From the NCBI GenBank assembly GCA_963732795.1, contig CAVTAV010000006.1:960181-1024180 (forward strand): a stretch of 64,000 nt of DNA, given 5' to 3'. The stretch comes from an uncultured Alphaproteobacteria bacterium. Its GTDB lineage: Bacteria; Pseudomonadota; Alphaproteobacteria; CAVTAV01. Position 1 is the stretch's first letter. Each line of letters opens with the position of its first letter. The position numbers and the translations under genes are program-made. Positions 39,420 to 51,527 of the stretch are shown in pieces. The notes below the pieces were generated by a model, which saw only the letters and a list, made by a program, of their open reading frames with translations, did not search any database and was not told the origin of the DNA.

Positions 39420-39515
39420 GGCTCTTCCCCACGAAAGTCGCTGCGTCGCTGCCTTCCTCTTCTGTAGGGGCGGTGGCGCTGCGCGTTGGGGGGCTATCGG
39501 GGGGTGTTAGCCCGG

Positions 39516-39544
39516 TTGACAGGGCAGCGTGGCCCCACTATGGT
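39516..39544 (+). promoter_or_regulatory. candidate sigma-70 promoter of rpmJ
   Basis: TTGACA-N17-TATGGT, about 50 nt upstream of the rpmJ ATG. Confidence 0.4.
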
Positions 39545-39592
39545 CGCGCGCCTGCCGGGCGACGGCATTCTTTTTGTTACGACGGTACGATC

Positions 39593-39718
39593 ATGAAAGT
39601 TCGCAATTCTCTCAAGTCGCTGAAGTCCCGCCATAAGGATTGCCGGGTCATCCGCCGTCGCGGCCGGGTCTATGTGATCAACAAGACCAACCGCCGCTTC
39701 AAGGCGCGCCAGGGCTGA
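39593..39718 (+). CDS. rpmJ: 50S ribosomal protein L36
   Basis: 41 aa: [41 protein letters not shown]. It is the internal part of ORF 39473..39718. Confidence 0.9.
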   Translation: MKVRNSLKSLKSRHKDCRVIRRRGRVYVINKTNRRFKARQG

Positions 39719-39855
39719 TCGCCCTCCACCCCTGAGTTTCCTTTAGACATTAGAATGTCGCGCCCCTTCGGGGCTCGCACTCTGCAGGCGGTCACCGCGA
39801 ATTGCGAAGCGCCGTGGCGATCCGGTATCGCGGCGACAAATGAAGTGCGTCTGGA

Positions 39856-41305
39856 TCAGTCCCGGCCGGACTTCTCGTTTTCCTGGGATAGCCAGGCAAT
39901 CCTGAGCACGTTGGTCGCGCCCGGCGTTCCGAAGGGGACGCCGGCGGTGACCACGATCCGCTGGCCGTAATCGGCGAATTCCTCGCGCCGGGCGATCCGG
40001 CAGGCCTTCTCCACCATGGCCTGGAAGCTCGACGACATCCCGTGTCTTGACGCAGTGGAGCCCCCAGAAGAGCGCCAGGCGCCGCGCAGTCCTGATCTCG
40101 GGCGTCAGCACAAGGATCGGCACGCTCGGGCCGCTCGCGCGAGGCCCTGAGCGCCGTCGAGCCCGAGGTCGTGAAGGTGACGATGGCGGCGGCGTTCAAG
40201 CGTCTCGGCGACCTGACGGGCGGCGGCGGTGATCGCATCGGAGGCCGTGGCGTCCGGCTCGGGGCGCTGGGCGGCCAGGATTTGCCGGAAATATTGCTCT
40301 GCCTCGATCTTGCGCGCGACCCGGTCCATCACGCTCGACGGCCTCCAGCGGATAGTCGCCGGCCGCCGATTCGGCCGACAGCATCATCGCGTCCGCGCCT
40401 TCATAGACCGCGTTCGCCACATCCGACACCTCGGCGCGGGTCGGCATCGGCGAATGGATCATCGATTCGAGCATCTGGGTCGCGACGATCACCATCTTGC
40501 CCGTTCTGCCGCGCCGGCCGGACGAGCCGCTTCTGGATGCCCGGTACGTCCTCGACATGGGTCTCGACGCCGAGATCGCCGCGCGCCACCATGACGCCGT
40601 CCGACAGCTCGATGATCTCGTCAAGCCGTTCGAGCGCAGCCGGCTTCTCGATCTTGGCGAGAACCGCCGCGCGCCCGGCGACCAGCTTGCGGGTCTCGGC
40701 AACGTCGTCCGGCCGCTGCACGAAGGAGAGCGCAATCCAATCCACGCCGAGCTCGGCGGCCGCTTCGAGATCAGCCCGGTCCTTCGGCGTCAGCGCGGCG
40801 AGCGGCAGCAGCCGGCGCGGCACATTGACGCCCTTCTTGTTCGACAGCTCGCCGCCGACCACGACCTTGGTCTCGATCATGGGTCTTGGTCGACATGCTC
40901 GACCTCCAGCCGGATCTTGCCGTCGTCGAACAGCACTTCGGCTCCGGGCTCGAGCGCCGCGAAGATCTCCGGATGGGGCAGGGTGACGCGTTTGGCGGTG
41001 CCGGGCTATTCCTTGCGCTCCAGCCGAAACTTATGGCCCGTTCTCAGCATGACCGGAGGCTCCGCGAAGTCGCCGATGCGCAGCTTCGGGCCCTGAAGAT
41101 CGGCCAAAATCGCGATCGGCCGGCCGAGATCTTCCTCGACTTCCCGGATCAGCCCGTGCAGGGTCTTGAGATGGGCATGGGAGGTATGGCTCATATTGAT
41201 GCGGAACGCGTCGGCGCCGGCCTCGAACAGCGCCTGGATCATCTGGCGTGAAGAGGTCTTCGGCCCGAGTGTCGCGATAATTTTGGCGTTGCGGCGGCGT
41301 CGCAT
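39856..41305 (-). pseudogene. pyk: pyruvate kinase; about six frame breaks plus one in-frame TAG (41006..41008)
   Basis: Pieces read MRRRRNAKIIATLGPKTSS...FRLERKE-TAG-PGTAKRVTLPHPEIFAALEPGAEVLFDDGKIRLEVEHVDQD | MIETKVVVGGELSNKKGVNVP...[10 protein letters not shown]... | [54 protein letters not shown] | [13 protein letters not shown]... | NAAAIVTFTTSGSTALRASRERP | VPILVLTPEIRTARRLALFWGLHCVKTR | MSSSFQAMVEKACRIARREEFA...VTAGVPFGTPGATNVLRIA. Breaks near 40886, 40498, 40340, 40195, 40125 and 40040. Length 1450 = 3n+1. Confidence 0.85.
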
Positions 41306-41446
41306 GGCCGTCAGTCCCTTTTCTTCTTATGGCCCGCTCGTTTGAGAGACCTAAGCCGGACTTGGCTGGAAGGCAAGATTAAGTCACAAACGTGATAGCT
41401 CTGTTGACCTGCGCGGCCTAAGCCCACATTTCTGTACCATAGTGTG

Positions 41447-42244
41447 ATGGATACCAAGCCTCGAAGCCCTACCAACTCTCAAAGCTTTCGCGCCGCCGAG
41501 ATCCTCAATCCCGGTGGGCAGTCGGATTTTATCCTGATCTGCGACCACGCCTCGAATGCGATTCCTTCCGAGCTCGGCACGCTCGGCCTGTCACGCGAGC
41601 AGCTTCAGGATCATATCGCCTGGGATATAGGCGCCGCCGCCGTGACCCGCCGAGTGGCTGAACGGCTCGATGCGCCGGCGGTCTTGAGCGGCTTCTCGCG
41701 GCTCGTGATCGACCCCAATAGGATGCCCGACGACCCGACCCTGATCGTCACCGTGTCGGATTCGATCGCCGTGCCCGGCAATATGTCCCTGACGCCGCAT
41801 GAGGCGACGTGGCGCAAGACCACCTTTTACGATGCCTATCAGTCCGCCGTCGGCGCGCGCATCGATGCGCGGCAGAAGCTCGGCCGGATTCCGGCGCTCG
41901 TGTCGATCCACAGCTTCACGCCGGTGATGGACGATTTCGCCCGCCCCTGGCAGATCGGCCTTCTATGGGACCGCGACCCACGGCTGAAGGATCTGCTTTA
42001 TGCCGAGCTCTCCCGGCATTCCGATCTCGTGATCGGCGACAACGAGCCCTATTCCGGCCGCGGGCCCGCCGGGACCATGGAATATCACGGCATGCGTAAG
42101 GGGCTCCCCCATGTGCTGATCGAGCTTCGCCAGAACCTGATCGATCATGACGACGGCGTCGCCCAGTGGTCGGATATCATCGCCGAGGCGCTGGAACGGG
42201 TGATTGCCGATCCGTCCTTTCTAGAGGTGCGGCATTACGGCTAG
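41447..42244 (+). CDS. N-formylglutamate amidohydrolase family protein
   Basis: 265-aa intact ORF. ...FILICDHASNAIP...GFSRLVIDPNR...VSIHSFTP...HVLIELRQNLI matches the FGase family pattern. Confidence 0.75.
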   Translation: MDTKPRSPTNSQSFRAAEILNPGGQSDFILICDHASNAIPSELGTLGLSREQLQDHIAWDIGAAAVTRRVAERLDAPAVLSGFSRLVIDPNRMPDDPTLIVTVSDSIAVPGNMSLTPHEATWRKTTFYDAYQSAVGARIDARQKLGRIPALVSIHSFTPVMDDFARPWQIGLLWDRDPRLKDLLYAELSRHSDLVIGDNEPYSGRGPAGTMEYHGMRKGLPHVLIELRQNLIDHDDGVAQWSDIIAEALERVIADPSFLEVRHYG

Positions 42245-42272
42245 GATCGGATCCCAAGGAGATACGGAGATC

Positions 42273-42569
42273 ATGGAAGACAAACTCAAGACCGAGCTCG
42301 AAGCGGCCGCGTTCCGCCGGCTGGTCGAGCATCTGCGCACCCATCCCGAGGTGCAGAATATCGATCTGATGAATCTCGCCGGCTTCTGCCGCAACTGCCT
42401 GTCCAATTGGTACCGCGAAGAGGCCGAGAAGAAGGGCGTCGATATCACCAAGGACGAATCGCGCGAGATCGTCTACGGCATGCCCTATGACCAGTGGAAG
42501 GCCAAGTACCAGACGGAGGCCACGCCTGAGGCGATGGCCAAGATGAAAGGCACGTTCCACAATCACTGA
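42273..42569 (+). CDS. DUF1244 domain protein
   Basis: 98-aa ORF with FRRLVEHLRTHPEVQNIDLMNLAGFCRNCLSNWY. Confidence 0.75.
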   Translation: MEDKLKTELEAAAFRRLVEHLRTHPEVQNIDLMNLAGFCRNCLSNWYREEAEKKGVDITKDESREIVYGMPYDQWKAKYQTEATPEAMAKMKGTFHNH

Positions 42570-42953
42570 GCGGCCGGGGCCTGCTTGTGGAAAACTCGTC
42601 ACCGTTGCGCATCCCGTGCGCCGGGCCGATATAAGGCGGGCTTCGCTTAGAGCCCAAGTTTCGATTTCGAGGGAGAAAATCCATGGCTGACGTCGGCGGC
42701 ATCGCGGCCGGTCAATTGCGGGCGCTGATTCAGCGCATCGAGCGGCTGGAGGAGGAAAAGGCCGGCCTCGCCGCGGATATCCGCGAGGTCTATGCCGAGG
42801 CCAAGGCCAACGGCTTCGAGCCCAAGATCATGCGCCAGGTGATCAAGCTTCGGAAAATGGAGCGGGCCGACCGTCAGGAGCAGGAAGCGCTGCTCGATCT
42901 CTATATGCACGCCATCGAGGCGGCAATCCGCCGCCGCCGAATAGCGGCGGGCT

Positions 42954-44456
<1,503 letters not shown>

Positions 44457-44703
44457 GATTGCGCCTTCTTGTCCGTCCCGCTGGGTGGGCGAATGCCCTA
44501 TGGTCCGAGATGGCCGGCGGGCCCCCATCCAGCCAGTGTGAATTATTCCGTCCATGTCCCAATACGGGACAAAGCTTAACAATTCAGAAACGACGTTTCG
44601 GCGCGGGCCATGGAAAGCGGCTATTGGCAATCGCCCGGCTTGGGATTATCTGAAACACCAAGGCCTTCGATCCCTCCCGCCCCGAAGAGAGCAAACGCGA
44701 AGA

Positions 44704-46481
44704 ATGACGGAAAAAGCCGCCGCGACCGCCCTGCCCACCTGGAATCTCGACGATCTCTATCCCGGCCGCGAACTCGCCCGAGCTCGAGCGGGACTTCGAG
44801 ACCGTGGCCCGGGAAGCCAAGGATTTCCGCGCGCGCTACGAAGGCAAGGTCGCCACGCTCGACGGCGATGGGCTCGGGGCGGCGATCGAGGCCTATGAGC
44901 GGATCGACGAGACTATCGGGCGCATCGCGAGCTATGCCTCGCTGGTTTTCGCCGGCGATATGAGCGATCCGGCCGATCGCCCAGTTCCATCAATCGGCCC
45001 AGGAACGGCTGAACGATATCAGCTCGGATCTCATTTTCTTCACGCTCGAGATCAATCGGATCGAGGACGGCCGGATGGCGACGCTCCTGGCCGCCGACCG
45101 GCTGAAGAAATATGCGCCCTGGATCCGCGATACCCGCGTGTTCCGGCCGCACCAGCTTTCGGACGAGATCGAGCATCTGCTGCATGAGCGCTATATCGTC
45201 GGCTCGGCCGCCTGGTCGCGGCTGTTCGACGAGACCATGGCCGATATGCGCGTGACCGTCGGCCGCAAGGAGCTGCCGATCGAAGGCGCGCTCAATCTCC
45301 TCTCGGACAAGGACGGCAAGAAGCGCGAGGCGGCGGCCCATGCGCTCGCCAAGGCGTTCAAGGACAAGATCCGCCTCTTCGCGCTCATCACCAATACCCT
45401 CGCCAAGGACAAGGCGATCGACGACAAGCAGCGCGGCTACCCCTCGCCGACGGCCTTCCGGCATCTTTCGAACTATGTCGAGGAGGAAGTGGTCGAAGCG
45501 CTGGCCTCGGCGGTGAAATCGGCCTATCCGCGGCTCTCGCACCGCTATTACGCGCTGAAGGCCAAGTGGTTCGGCGTCGACAAGTTGAACTACTGGGACC
45601 GCAATGCGCCCTTGCCCGGCGATGCCGACCGCAAGATTTCCTGGCCCCAGGCCAAGAAGATCGTGCTTTCGGCCTATGGCGCGTTCTCGCCCGATATGGC
45701 GGAGATCGCCGGCGAATTCTTCGACAAATCCTGGATAGATGCGCCCTTGCGGCCCGGTAAGGCGCCCGGCGCGTTCTCGGCCTCGACCGTGCCGTCCGTT
45801 CACCCCTATGTGCTGTTGAATTACCAAGGCCGAACCCGCGACGTGATGACCCTGGCGCATGAGCTCGGCCACGGCGTCCATCAGGTGCTGGCCGGACCGC
45901 AGGGAGCGCTGATGTCCCATACGCCGCTGACTCTCGCCGAAACCGCCAGCGTGTTCGGCGAGATGCTGACCTTCCAGAGCCTGCTCAAGCGCGAAAAGGA
46001 TCCGGAGCGCCGCCGGCTGATGCTCGCCGCCAAGGTCGAGGACATGCTGAACACGGTCGTCCGCCAGATCGCGTTCTACGAATTCGAGAAGCGCGTCCAT
46101 AACGAGCGCCGCAAGGCGGAGCTGACGCCCGATCAGATCGGCAAGCATTGGATGGAGTGCCAGCAGGAGAGCCTCGGTCCCGCCTTCCGCTTCGATCCCG
46201 AATATCAGACCTACTGGTGCTACATCCCGCATTTCATCCATTCGCCGTTCTATGTCTATGCCTATGCGTTCGGCGATTGCCTGGTGAACTCGCTTTATGC
46301 GGTCTATCAGGGCGCGGAATCGGGCTTCCAGGAGAAATATCTCGATCTTCTCCGCGCAGGCGGGACCAAGCGCCACAAGGAGCTACTGGCGCCGTTCGGC
46401 CTCGACGCGTCGGATCCTGCGTTCTGGTCCAAAGGGCTCGGCGTCATCGAATCGATGATCGACCAGCTGGCCGGCGAGTAG
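44704..46481 (+). pseudogene. pepF: M3-family oligoendopeptidase (PepF-like); two frame breaks (~44767, ~44973)
   Basis: MTEKAAATALPTWNLDDLYPG | ANSPELERDFETVAREAKDFRARYEG...AGDMSDPA | IAQFHQSAQERLNDISSDLIFFTLEINRI... then ORF 45075..46481 with the zinc motif HELGHGVH. Length 1778 = 3n+2. Confidence 0.8.
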
Positions 46482-46496
46482 GGGCGGGACAGGACT

Positions 46497-47850
46497 GTGG
46501 CAGACCGCAGCGACGACAATCGCTTCACCAGCCGCGCCCGGCGCTACGCCAAGGTGTCGACGACGGTCGGCGGCATCGCGGCGCGCATGGTCGGCGGGCG
46601 GATGCTGGGCAGGGCGGCGGACCGTTCGGCGGACGCGGCGGCGCTGAAGCGCGCGCTCGGCTCGCTCAAGGGCCCGCTGATGAAGGTGGCGCAGATGCTC
46701 GCCACCATCCCCGGCGCGGTGCCGAAGGAATATGCCGCACGAGCTTTCCCAGCTCCAGGCCAATGCGCCGCCGATGGGCTGGCCCTTCGTCAAGCGCCGC
46801 ATGACCACCGAGCTCGGGCCGGATTGGCAGGGCCGCTTCAAGAGCTTCGAGAAGGAGGCCGCGGCCGCCGCCTCGCTCGGCCAGGTCCATAAGGCGACCG
46901 CCAAGGAGGGCCGGCGAGCTCGCCTGCAAGCTGCAATATCCCGATATGGCCTCGGCGGTCGAAGCGGATCTGCAGCAGCTCAAGCTGTTCTTCAACGTCT
47001 TCCAGCGCTACGACAAAAGCATCGATCCCTCCGAGGTCCATGCCGAGATCGCGATCCGGCTGCGCGAGGAGCTCGACTACGATCTCGAAGCGCCGTCACA
47101 TGGCGCTCTACGGCGCGGATGCTCGGCGCGGCGAAGCGCGTCCATATCCCGGAAGGCGTGCCGGAGCTTTCGACCAAGCGGCTCCTCACCATGACCTGGC
47201 TCGAAGGCAAGCCGCTCCTCGAATCCCGCGAGGAGCCTCTGGAGGTCCGCAACGAGATCGCCCGCAATCTCTTCACCGCCTGGTGGGAGCCGTTCCACCA
47301 TTACGGCGTCATCCATGGCGACCCCCATCTCGGCAACTATTCGGTCCGCCCCGACCGCTCGATCAATTTGCTCGACTTCGGCTGCATCCGGAAATTCAAG
47401 CCGAAATTCGTCGGCGGCGTGATCGATCTCTACCGTGCGCTCGAAACCGACGACCGCGAGCTCGCCGTCCATGCCTATGAGACCTGGGGCTTCGTCGGCC
47501 TCAAGAACGAGGTGATCGACGCCTTGAACATGTGGGCGACCTTCATCTACGGCCCTCTTCTCGACAACCGCGCCCGGGTCATTCAGGAATTCGGCCAGGG
47601 CTCCAGCTTCGGCCGCGACGTCGCCGACAAGGTCCACACAAGGCTCCGCGAGCTCGGCCCCGTAAAGCCGCCCCAGGAATTCGTCTTCCTCGACCGCGCC
47701 GCCGTCGGCCTCGGCGGCGTGTTCCTGCATTTGAAGGCGGAAATCAACTGGCACGACCTGTTCGAGGACGTCATCAAGGACTTCTCCCTCGACACGCTCG
47801 CCAAACGCCAGAAAAAGGCGATGGACGCCGCGGATCTGCCGCTGCCCTGA
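46497..47850 (+). pseudogene. ABC1/AarF/UbiB atypical kinase family protein; four frame breaks (~46737, ~46914, ~47094, ~47113)
   Basis: ...GPLMKVAQMLATIPGAVPKEYA | HELSQLQANAPPMGW...AAAASLGQVHKATAKEGR | ELACKLQYPDMASAVEADLQQLKLFF...DYDLEA | RHMALYG | RMLGAAKRVHIPEG...VIHGDPHLGNY...LLDFGC. Length 1354 = 3n+1. Confidence 0.75.
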
Positions 47851-47869
47851 CGACGGGAGCGGAGGGGCG

Positions 47870-48421
47870 TCAGAACCTCATCGACGCGGCGAGGTAGTAG
47901 TCCTTGCCTGCTGGGTCGGCGATGAGGGAGACGTGGACGCGGGAGTAGGGTTTGGCGATGAAAAAGGCCGAGATATGGGCGATCACCGCCGAGCCCAGGA
48001 TGTCGTGCCAATAGTGCTTGTCGTTGTGCACGCGGGCGTAGCCGACGAGGATGCTCGCGGCTTCGGCCGGTATGCCGTATTTCCAGCCGTATCGGCGCAT
48101 CAGATAGGCCGCGCCGGCGAAGGCGCTGGCGGCGTGTCCCGACGGGAAGCTGTGCTTGCCGCCGTTCGGCCGGGTCTCGTTGATGGCATATTTAAATCCC
48201 TCGGTCGCGCCCATGGTCGCGACATAGGAGAAGCCGAGCTGAAAGGCGCCCGGCTTGTCGCCCTTCAGGAGCGAGATGATCCCGGCGGTGAGCGGAACGC
48301 CGAGCGCGCCGGCGGTCGCGCCGTCGTCCCAGGTCTTGGAGCTCACGGCATGGGCCTCGCCCGGCACGAGGACGAAGATCATCAGACCGGCGGCAATCAA
48401 GGCGGCAACGGCACGCATCAC
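47870..48421 (-). CDS. PAP2-superfamily phosphatase, signal peptide-bearing
   Basis: All three PAP2 motifs are present: KYAINETRP, FPSGHA, ARVHNDKHYWHD. Intact 183-aa ORF. Confidence 0.7.
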   Translation of the reverse strand: MMRAVAALIAAGLMIFVLVPGEAHAVSSKTWDDGATAGALGVPLTAGIISLLKGDKPGAFQLGFSYVATMGATEGFKYAINETRPNGGKHSFPSGHAASAFAGAAYLMRRYGWKYGIPAEAASILVGYARVHNDKHYWHDILGSAVIAHISAFFIAKPYSRVHVSLIADPAGKDYYLAASMRF

Positions 48422-48447
48422 GGCAAACCCCTCTCGAATTTCACGAA

Positions 48448-48825
48448 TTAAGGCCCCCAGAACAGAGGACCCCTGATAAAGACGGAGACAAGCATCAAAA
48501 TCCCGACCCAGATCGCCGCAAAAGCCGCGACCAGCACCGCGCCGGCGGCCATATCCTTGATCGCCTTGATCTTGTCATGGGTGTCGGGATGAAGGAGATC
48601 GACCAGCTCCTCCAGCGCCGAATTGACGAGCTCGGCGCAGAGCACCAGCCCCGCCACGAAGCCGACCAGCGCCCACCAGACGAGCCCGGGCCGGAGCACG
48701 ATCAGCGCCACCAGGGCCAGCACCACGAAGCCGACATGGGTCCGGAAGCTGCGCTCGTTCCGGAAGGCGTGCTTGAGCCCGCTCAAGGCGAAGGCAAGGC
48801 GATGACGGAAGGCTTTGTTCTTCAA
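48448..48825 (-). CDS. dgkA: diacylglycerol kinase DgkA
   Basis: The C-terminal ~125 aa of ORF 48448..49242 read KNKAFRHRLAFALSGLKHAFRNERSFR...CAELVNSALEELVDLLHPD...KDMAAGAVL. Start set at the TTG at 48825. The upstream part of the ORF looks non-coding. Confidence 0.7.
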   Translation of the reverse strand: MKNKAFRHRLAFALSGLKHAFRNERSFRTHVGFVVLALVALIVLRPGLVWWALVGFVAGLVLCAELVNSALEELVDLLHPDTHDKIKAIKDMAAGAVLVAAFAAIWVGILMLVSVFIRGPLFWGP

Positions 48826-49008
48826 GGACCGGGCGTCTCTGGCTGTGGGGCGGCGCCTGTCGGAGCGCCGGAACGGGAGACCTTCGGGAACCGGAAATCG
48901 ATCGCGCGGGATCGTAGCAATATCGGGCGGCGATGCAAACGGCGATCTCTCCGGGCCGGTCTGATCGCAATCAAGGCCAATGACCCGGACGGGCGTTAGG
49001 GTTCCCCC

Positions 49009-49595
49009 ATGGCAAAACGTATCGCGATCATTCAAGGGCATCCCGATCCGGGCGAGGCGCATTTTTGCCACGCTCTGGCGGCGGCTTATGAGACGGCGGC
49101 GCAGAAGGCGGGCCACGAGGTGCGGCGGATCACCGTGGCGGGGCTGGATTTCCCGGTCCTGCGCAGCAAGACGGAATTCGAGACCGGCACGCCGTCGCCC
49201 GATATCGCGCAGGTCCAAGCCGATATCGCCTGGGCCGAGCATGTGGTGCTGATCTATCCCCTGTGGCTCGGCACCATGCCGGCGCTGCTGAAAGCCTTCC
49301 TGGAGCAGGTGTTCCGGCCGGATTTCGCCTTCGATATCGGCGCCTCGAGCACAGCTGGAAGAAGCGGCTCAAGGGCAAGAGCGCCCGGATCGTCATCACC
49401 ATGGGCATGCCGGCGCTGGTCTATCGCTGGTATTTCGGGGCCCACAGCCTGAAAAGCCTGGAGCGCAATGTCCTCGGTTTTTCCGGTTTCGGCCCGATCC
49501 GCGAAAGCCTGGTCGGCATGGTCGAGGCGAAGAGCGGGAAGGGCCGTGAGAAATGGCTCCGGAAAATGGCGGCCTATGGGGCGGCAGGCGATTAG
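49009..49595 (+). pseudogene. flavodoxin-fold NAD(P)H-dependent (quinone) oxidoreductase; frame broken once (missing base near 49350)
   Basis: MAKRIAIIQGHPDPGEAHFCHALA...HVVLIYPLWLGTMPALLKAFLEQVFRPDFAFDIG | LEHSWKKRLKGKSARIVITMGMPALVYRWYFG.... Length 587 = 3n+2. Confidence 0.7.
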
Positions 49596-49681
49596 AAATG
49601 TTGTGGCGAAAAGCGATTTTGGTATAGTTCGGCCCGCGCCCACGGTTTGTTTGGTTTGAATGTCGGGCCGGAGGTCAACGG

Positions 49682-49795
49682 ATGGATATCGACGAACAAC
49701 AGAAAACCTGGCACCGGATCACCACAGTGACGAAATATGGCGTCGTCACGCTCGCGATCGTGCTCCTGCTGATGCGCTGGTTTCTGATCAGATAA
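49682..49795 (+). CDS. small membrane protein resembling aa3-type cytochrome c oxidase subunit IV (37 aa); not in the ORF track
   Basis: Own translation MDIDEQQKTWHRITTVTKYGVVTLAIVLLLMRWFLIR. GGAGG lies 7 nt upstream of the ATG. The x-KT-W/Y...TKYG-hydrophobic helix pattern matches the short CoxIV-like family of alphaproteobacteria. Confidence 0.45.
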   Translation: MDIDEQQKTWHRITTVTKYGVVTLAIVLLLMRWFLIR

Positions 49796-49799
49796 GCCC

Positions 49800-50492
49800 C
49801 TAAAAGGGCACCCCCAGGGCCTTCGCCAGGAACGCCATCAGCGGCGCCGAGGCGGCGAAGGTCTCCTCCACATCATCGACGAAATGCTTCGAATGGGCGT
49901 CCGCCATGGAGGCGGCGTGCACCGCGAAGAAGCTCTTGCGCTTGATGTCCTCGATATGGGGATCGTCGGCGGAATAGCCGCGCGGCGGCCGGGTCAAGGC
50001 GTTTCCGGTTATCCCGCCGAAGGTCTCCGCGAAGCGCTTGTCGTTCAAGACCTTCGACCAGGCCTTGGGCCGCGCCTTAATGGCCTCGCGGATCTGGGCA
50101 AGGGCATCGGGCGGGGGCATCCAAACGCCGCCCCCGAACCGTATGTTGCCCGGCGCGAGATGGACATAGAATCCCGGACTGTGAGCATCGCGCCCTAGCC
50201 GATGGCGGAACTGACACGCCGCATGCTCCTTATAGGGCCGCTTGTCGTGGGTGAACCGGATGTCGCGATAGATGCGGAAGATCGACCCGCCGTTCCCGCG
50301 CGGATCGGCGATGAAATGCTTGGAGATCTTCTGCAACCGCGGCCCCATCGCCTCCACGAAGTCGCGGAGCGGCTCCAGCACCTCCGATTTGTAGCGCGGT
50401 TTGTTGGCCTCGAACCAGGCACGGTCGTTGTTCTTGGCGATCTCGCGAAAGAACGTGAAGAAGCCTCGCGGAAATCCTTCGAACGCCGCCAT
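49800..50492 (-). CDS. DUF2461 (TIGR02453) family protein
   Basis: From the internal Met: MAAFEGFPRGFFTFFREIAKNNDRAWFEANKPRYKSEVLEPL...IFRIYRDIRFTHDKRPYK. Confidence 0.7.
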   Translation of the reverse strand: MAAFEGFPRGFFTFFREIAKNNDRAWFEANKPRYKSEVLEPLRDFVEAMGPRLQKISKHFIADPRGNGGSIFRIYRDIRFTHDKRPYKEHAACQFRHRLGRDAHSPGFYVHLAPGNIRFGGGVWMPPPDALAQIREAIKARPKAWSKVLNDKRFAETFGGITGNALTRPPRGYSADDPHIEDIKRKSFFAVHAASMADAHSKHFVDDVEETFAASAPLMAFLAKALGVPF

Positions 50493-50512
50493 GCCGGTCC
50501 GAAATCCTTGGT

Positions 50513-50929
50513 TCAGCCCTGGGGCGGCATCTCGGCGAAGGACGGAATGCCTTCGGCCGGCTGGTCCCATTTGGCGGCGCGCGAGGCGTAGACCGAGATC
50601 TGCGGCTCGTACTGGTTCAGGTCGTCGAAGGTGCCCGCCGCGAAAACCATGACGCCCGGCGCATGGGACAGCGTGTTGTAAACCGGCGAGCCGCATTTCG
50701 GGCAGAAATTCCGGGTGATCGTCCCGCCGCTATCGGCCGTCTTGGCGAAGCTCGTGGTATCGCCGGTCACCGTGACCATGTTCTCGAGGAAGCCGATCGG
50801 CACGGCATGGCCGGTTCCGGTGTATTTCTGGCAGTCCTTGCAGTGGCAGAGCCCCGCGAAGACCGGGTCGCCGTTGATTTCGTATTTTACCGAACCGCAC
50901 AGGCAACTGCCGGTAATGTGCTTCGCCAT
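50513..50929 (-). CDS. GFA (glutathione-dependent formaldehyde-activating / CENP-V) family protein, copy 1
   Basis: 138 aa with the Cys ligand pattern CLCG...CHCKDC...CPKCG. Confidence 0.8.
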   Translation of the reverse strand: MAKHITGSCLCGSVKYEINGDPVFAGLCHCKDCQKYTGTGHAVPIGFLENMVTVTGDTTSFAKTADSGGTITRNFCPKCGSPVYNTLSHAPGVMVFAAGTFDDLNQYEPQISVYASRAAKWDQPAEGIPSFAEMPPQG

Positions 50930-50997
50930 CTCATCACTCCTCTATTCTGTTGGTCTCGTTCGAATTGGAAGGCTTACGCAGGTAAAATTCGGCGGCA

Positions 50998-51414
50998 TCA
51001 GCCCATGGGCGGCATCTCTACGAAGGACGGAAGCCCCGGCCCCGCCTTGTCCCATTTGGCCGCGCGGGACACGAAGACGACCATCTGCGGCTCGAACAGA
51101 TTCGGATCGTCGAAGCCGCCGACATGGACGATCTTCATGCCGGACATGCCGGTATTCGTGTTGTAGATGGGCGAGCCGCAATTCGGGCAGAAATGCCGCG
51201 TGGCGGTATTGCCGCTGTCGGTTTGGCTCGAATAGCCCCTGGTCTCGCCTTGCACCTTGACCGCCTCATCGGGCACGGCGATCGCGGCGGCATGGCCGGT
51301 GCCGGACGATTTTCGGCAATCGCTACAATGACATAGAGCGGCGAAAACGGGATCGCCGTCGATCGTGTAAGTAACCCGGCCGCACAGACAGCTGCCGGTA
51401 ATCTGCTGCGCCAT
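50998..51414 (-). CDS. GFA family protein, copy 2 (tandem paralogue)
   Basis: MAQQITGSCLCGRVTYTIDGDPVFAALCHCSDCRKSSGTGH...CPNCGSPIY. By eye, more than half of the positions are identical to copy 1, including the shared C-terminus ...SRAAKWD...PSF.EMPP.G. Confidence 0.8.
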   Translation of the reverse strand: MAQQITGSCLCGRVTYTIDGDPVFAALCHCSDCRKSSGTGHAAAIAVPDEAVKVQGETRGYSSQTDSGNTATRHFCPNCGSPIYNTNTGMSGMKIVHVGGFDDPNLFEPQMVVFVSRAAKWDKAGPGLPSFVEMPPMG

Positions 51415-51527
51415 CTCCCAACTCCTTGAGTTGAGCGAAGACGATGCGCATATTACTGCTATGCTTGCAATTGGCAAGTGACGCATCCATGGCGGACGCG
51501 TCTTTGAGTACCGATTCTGATTGACCG

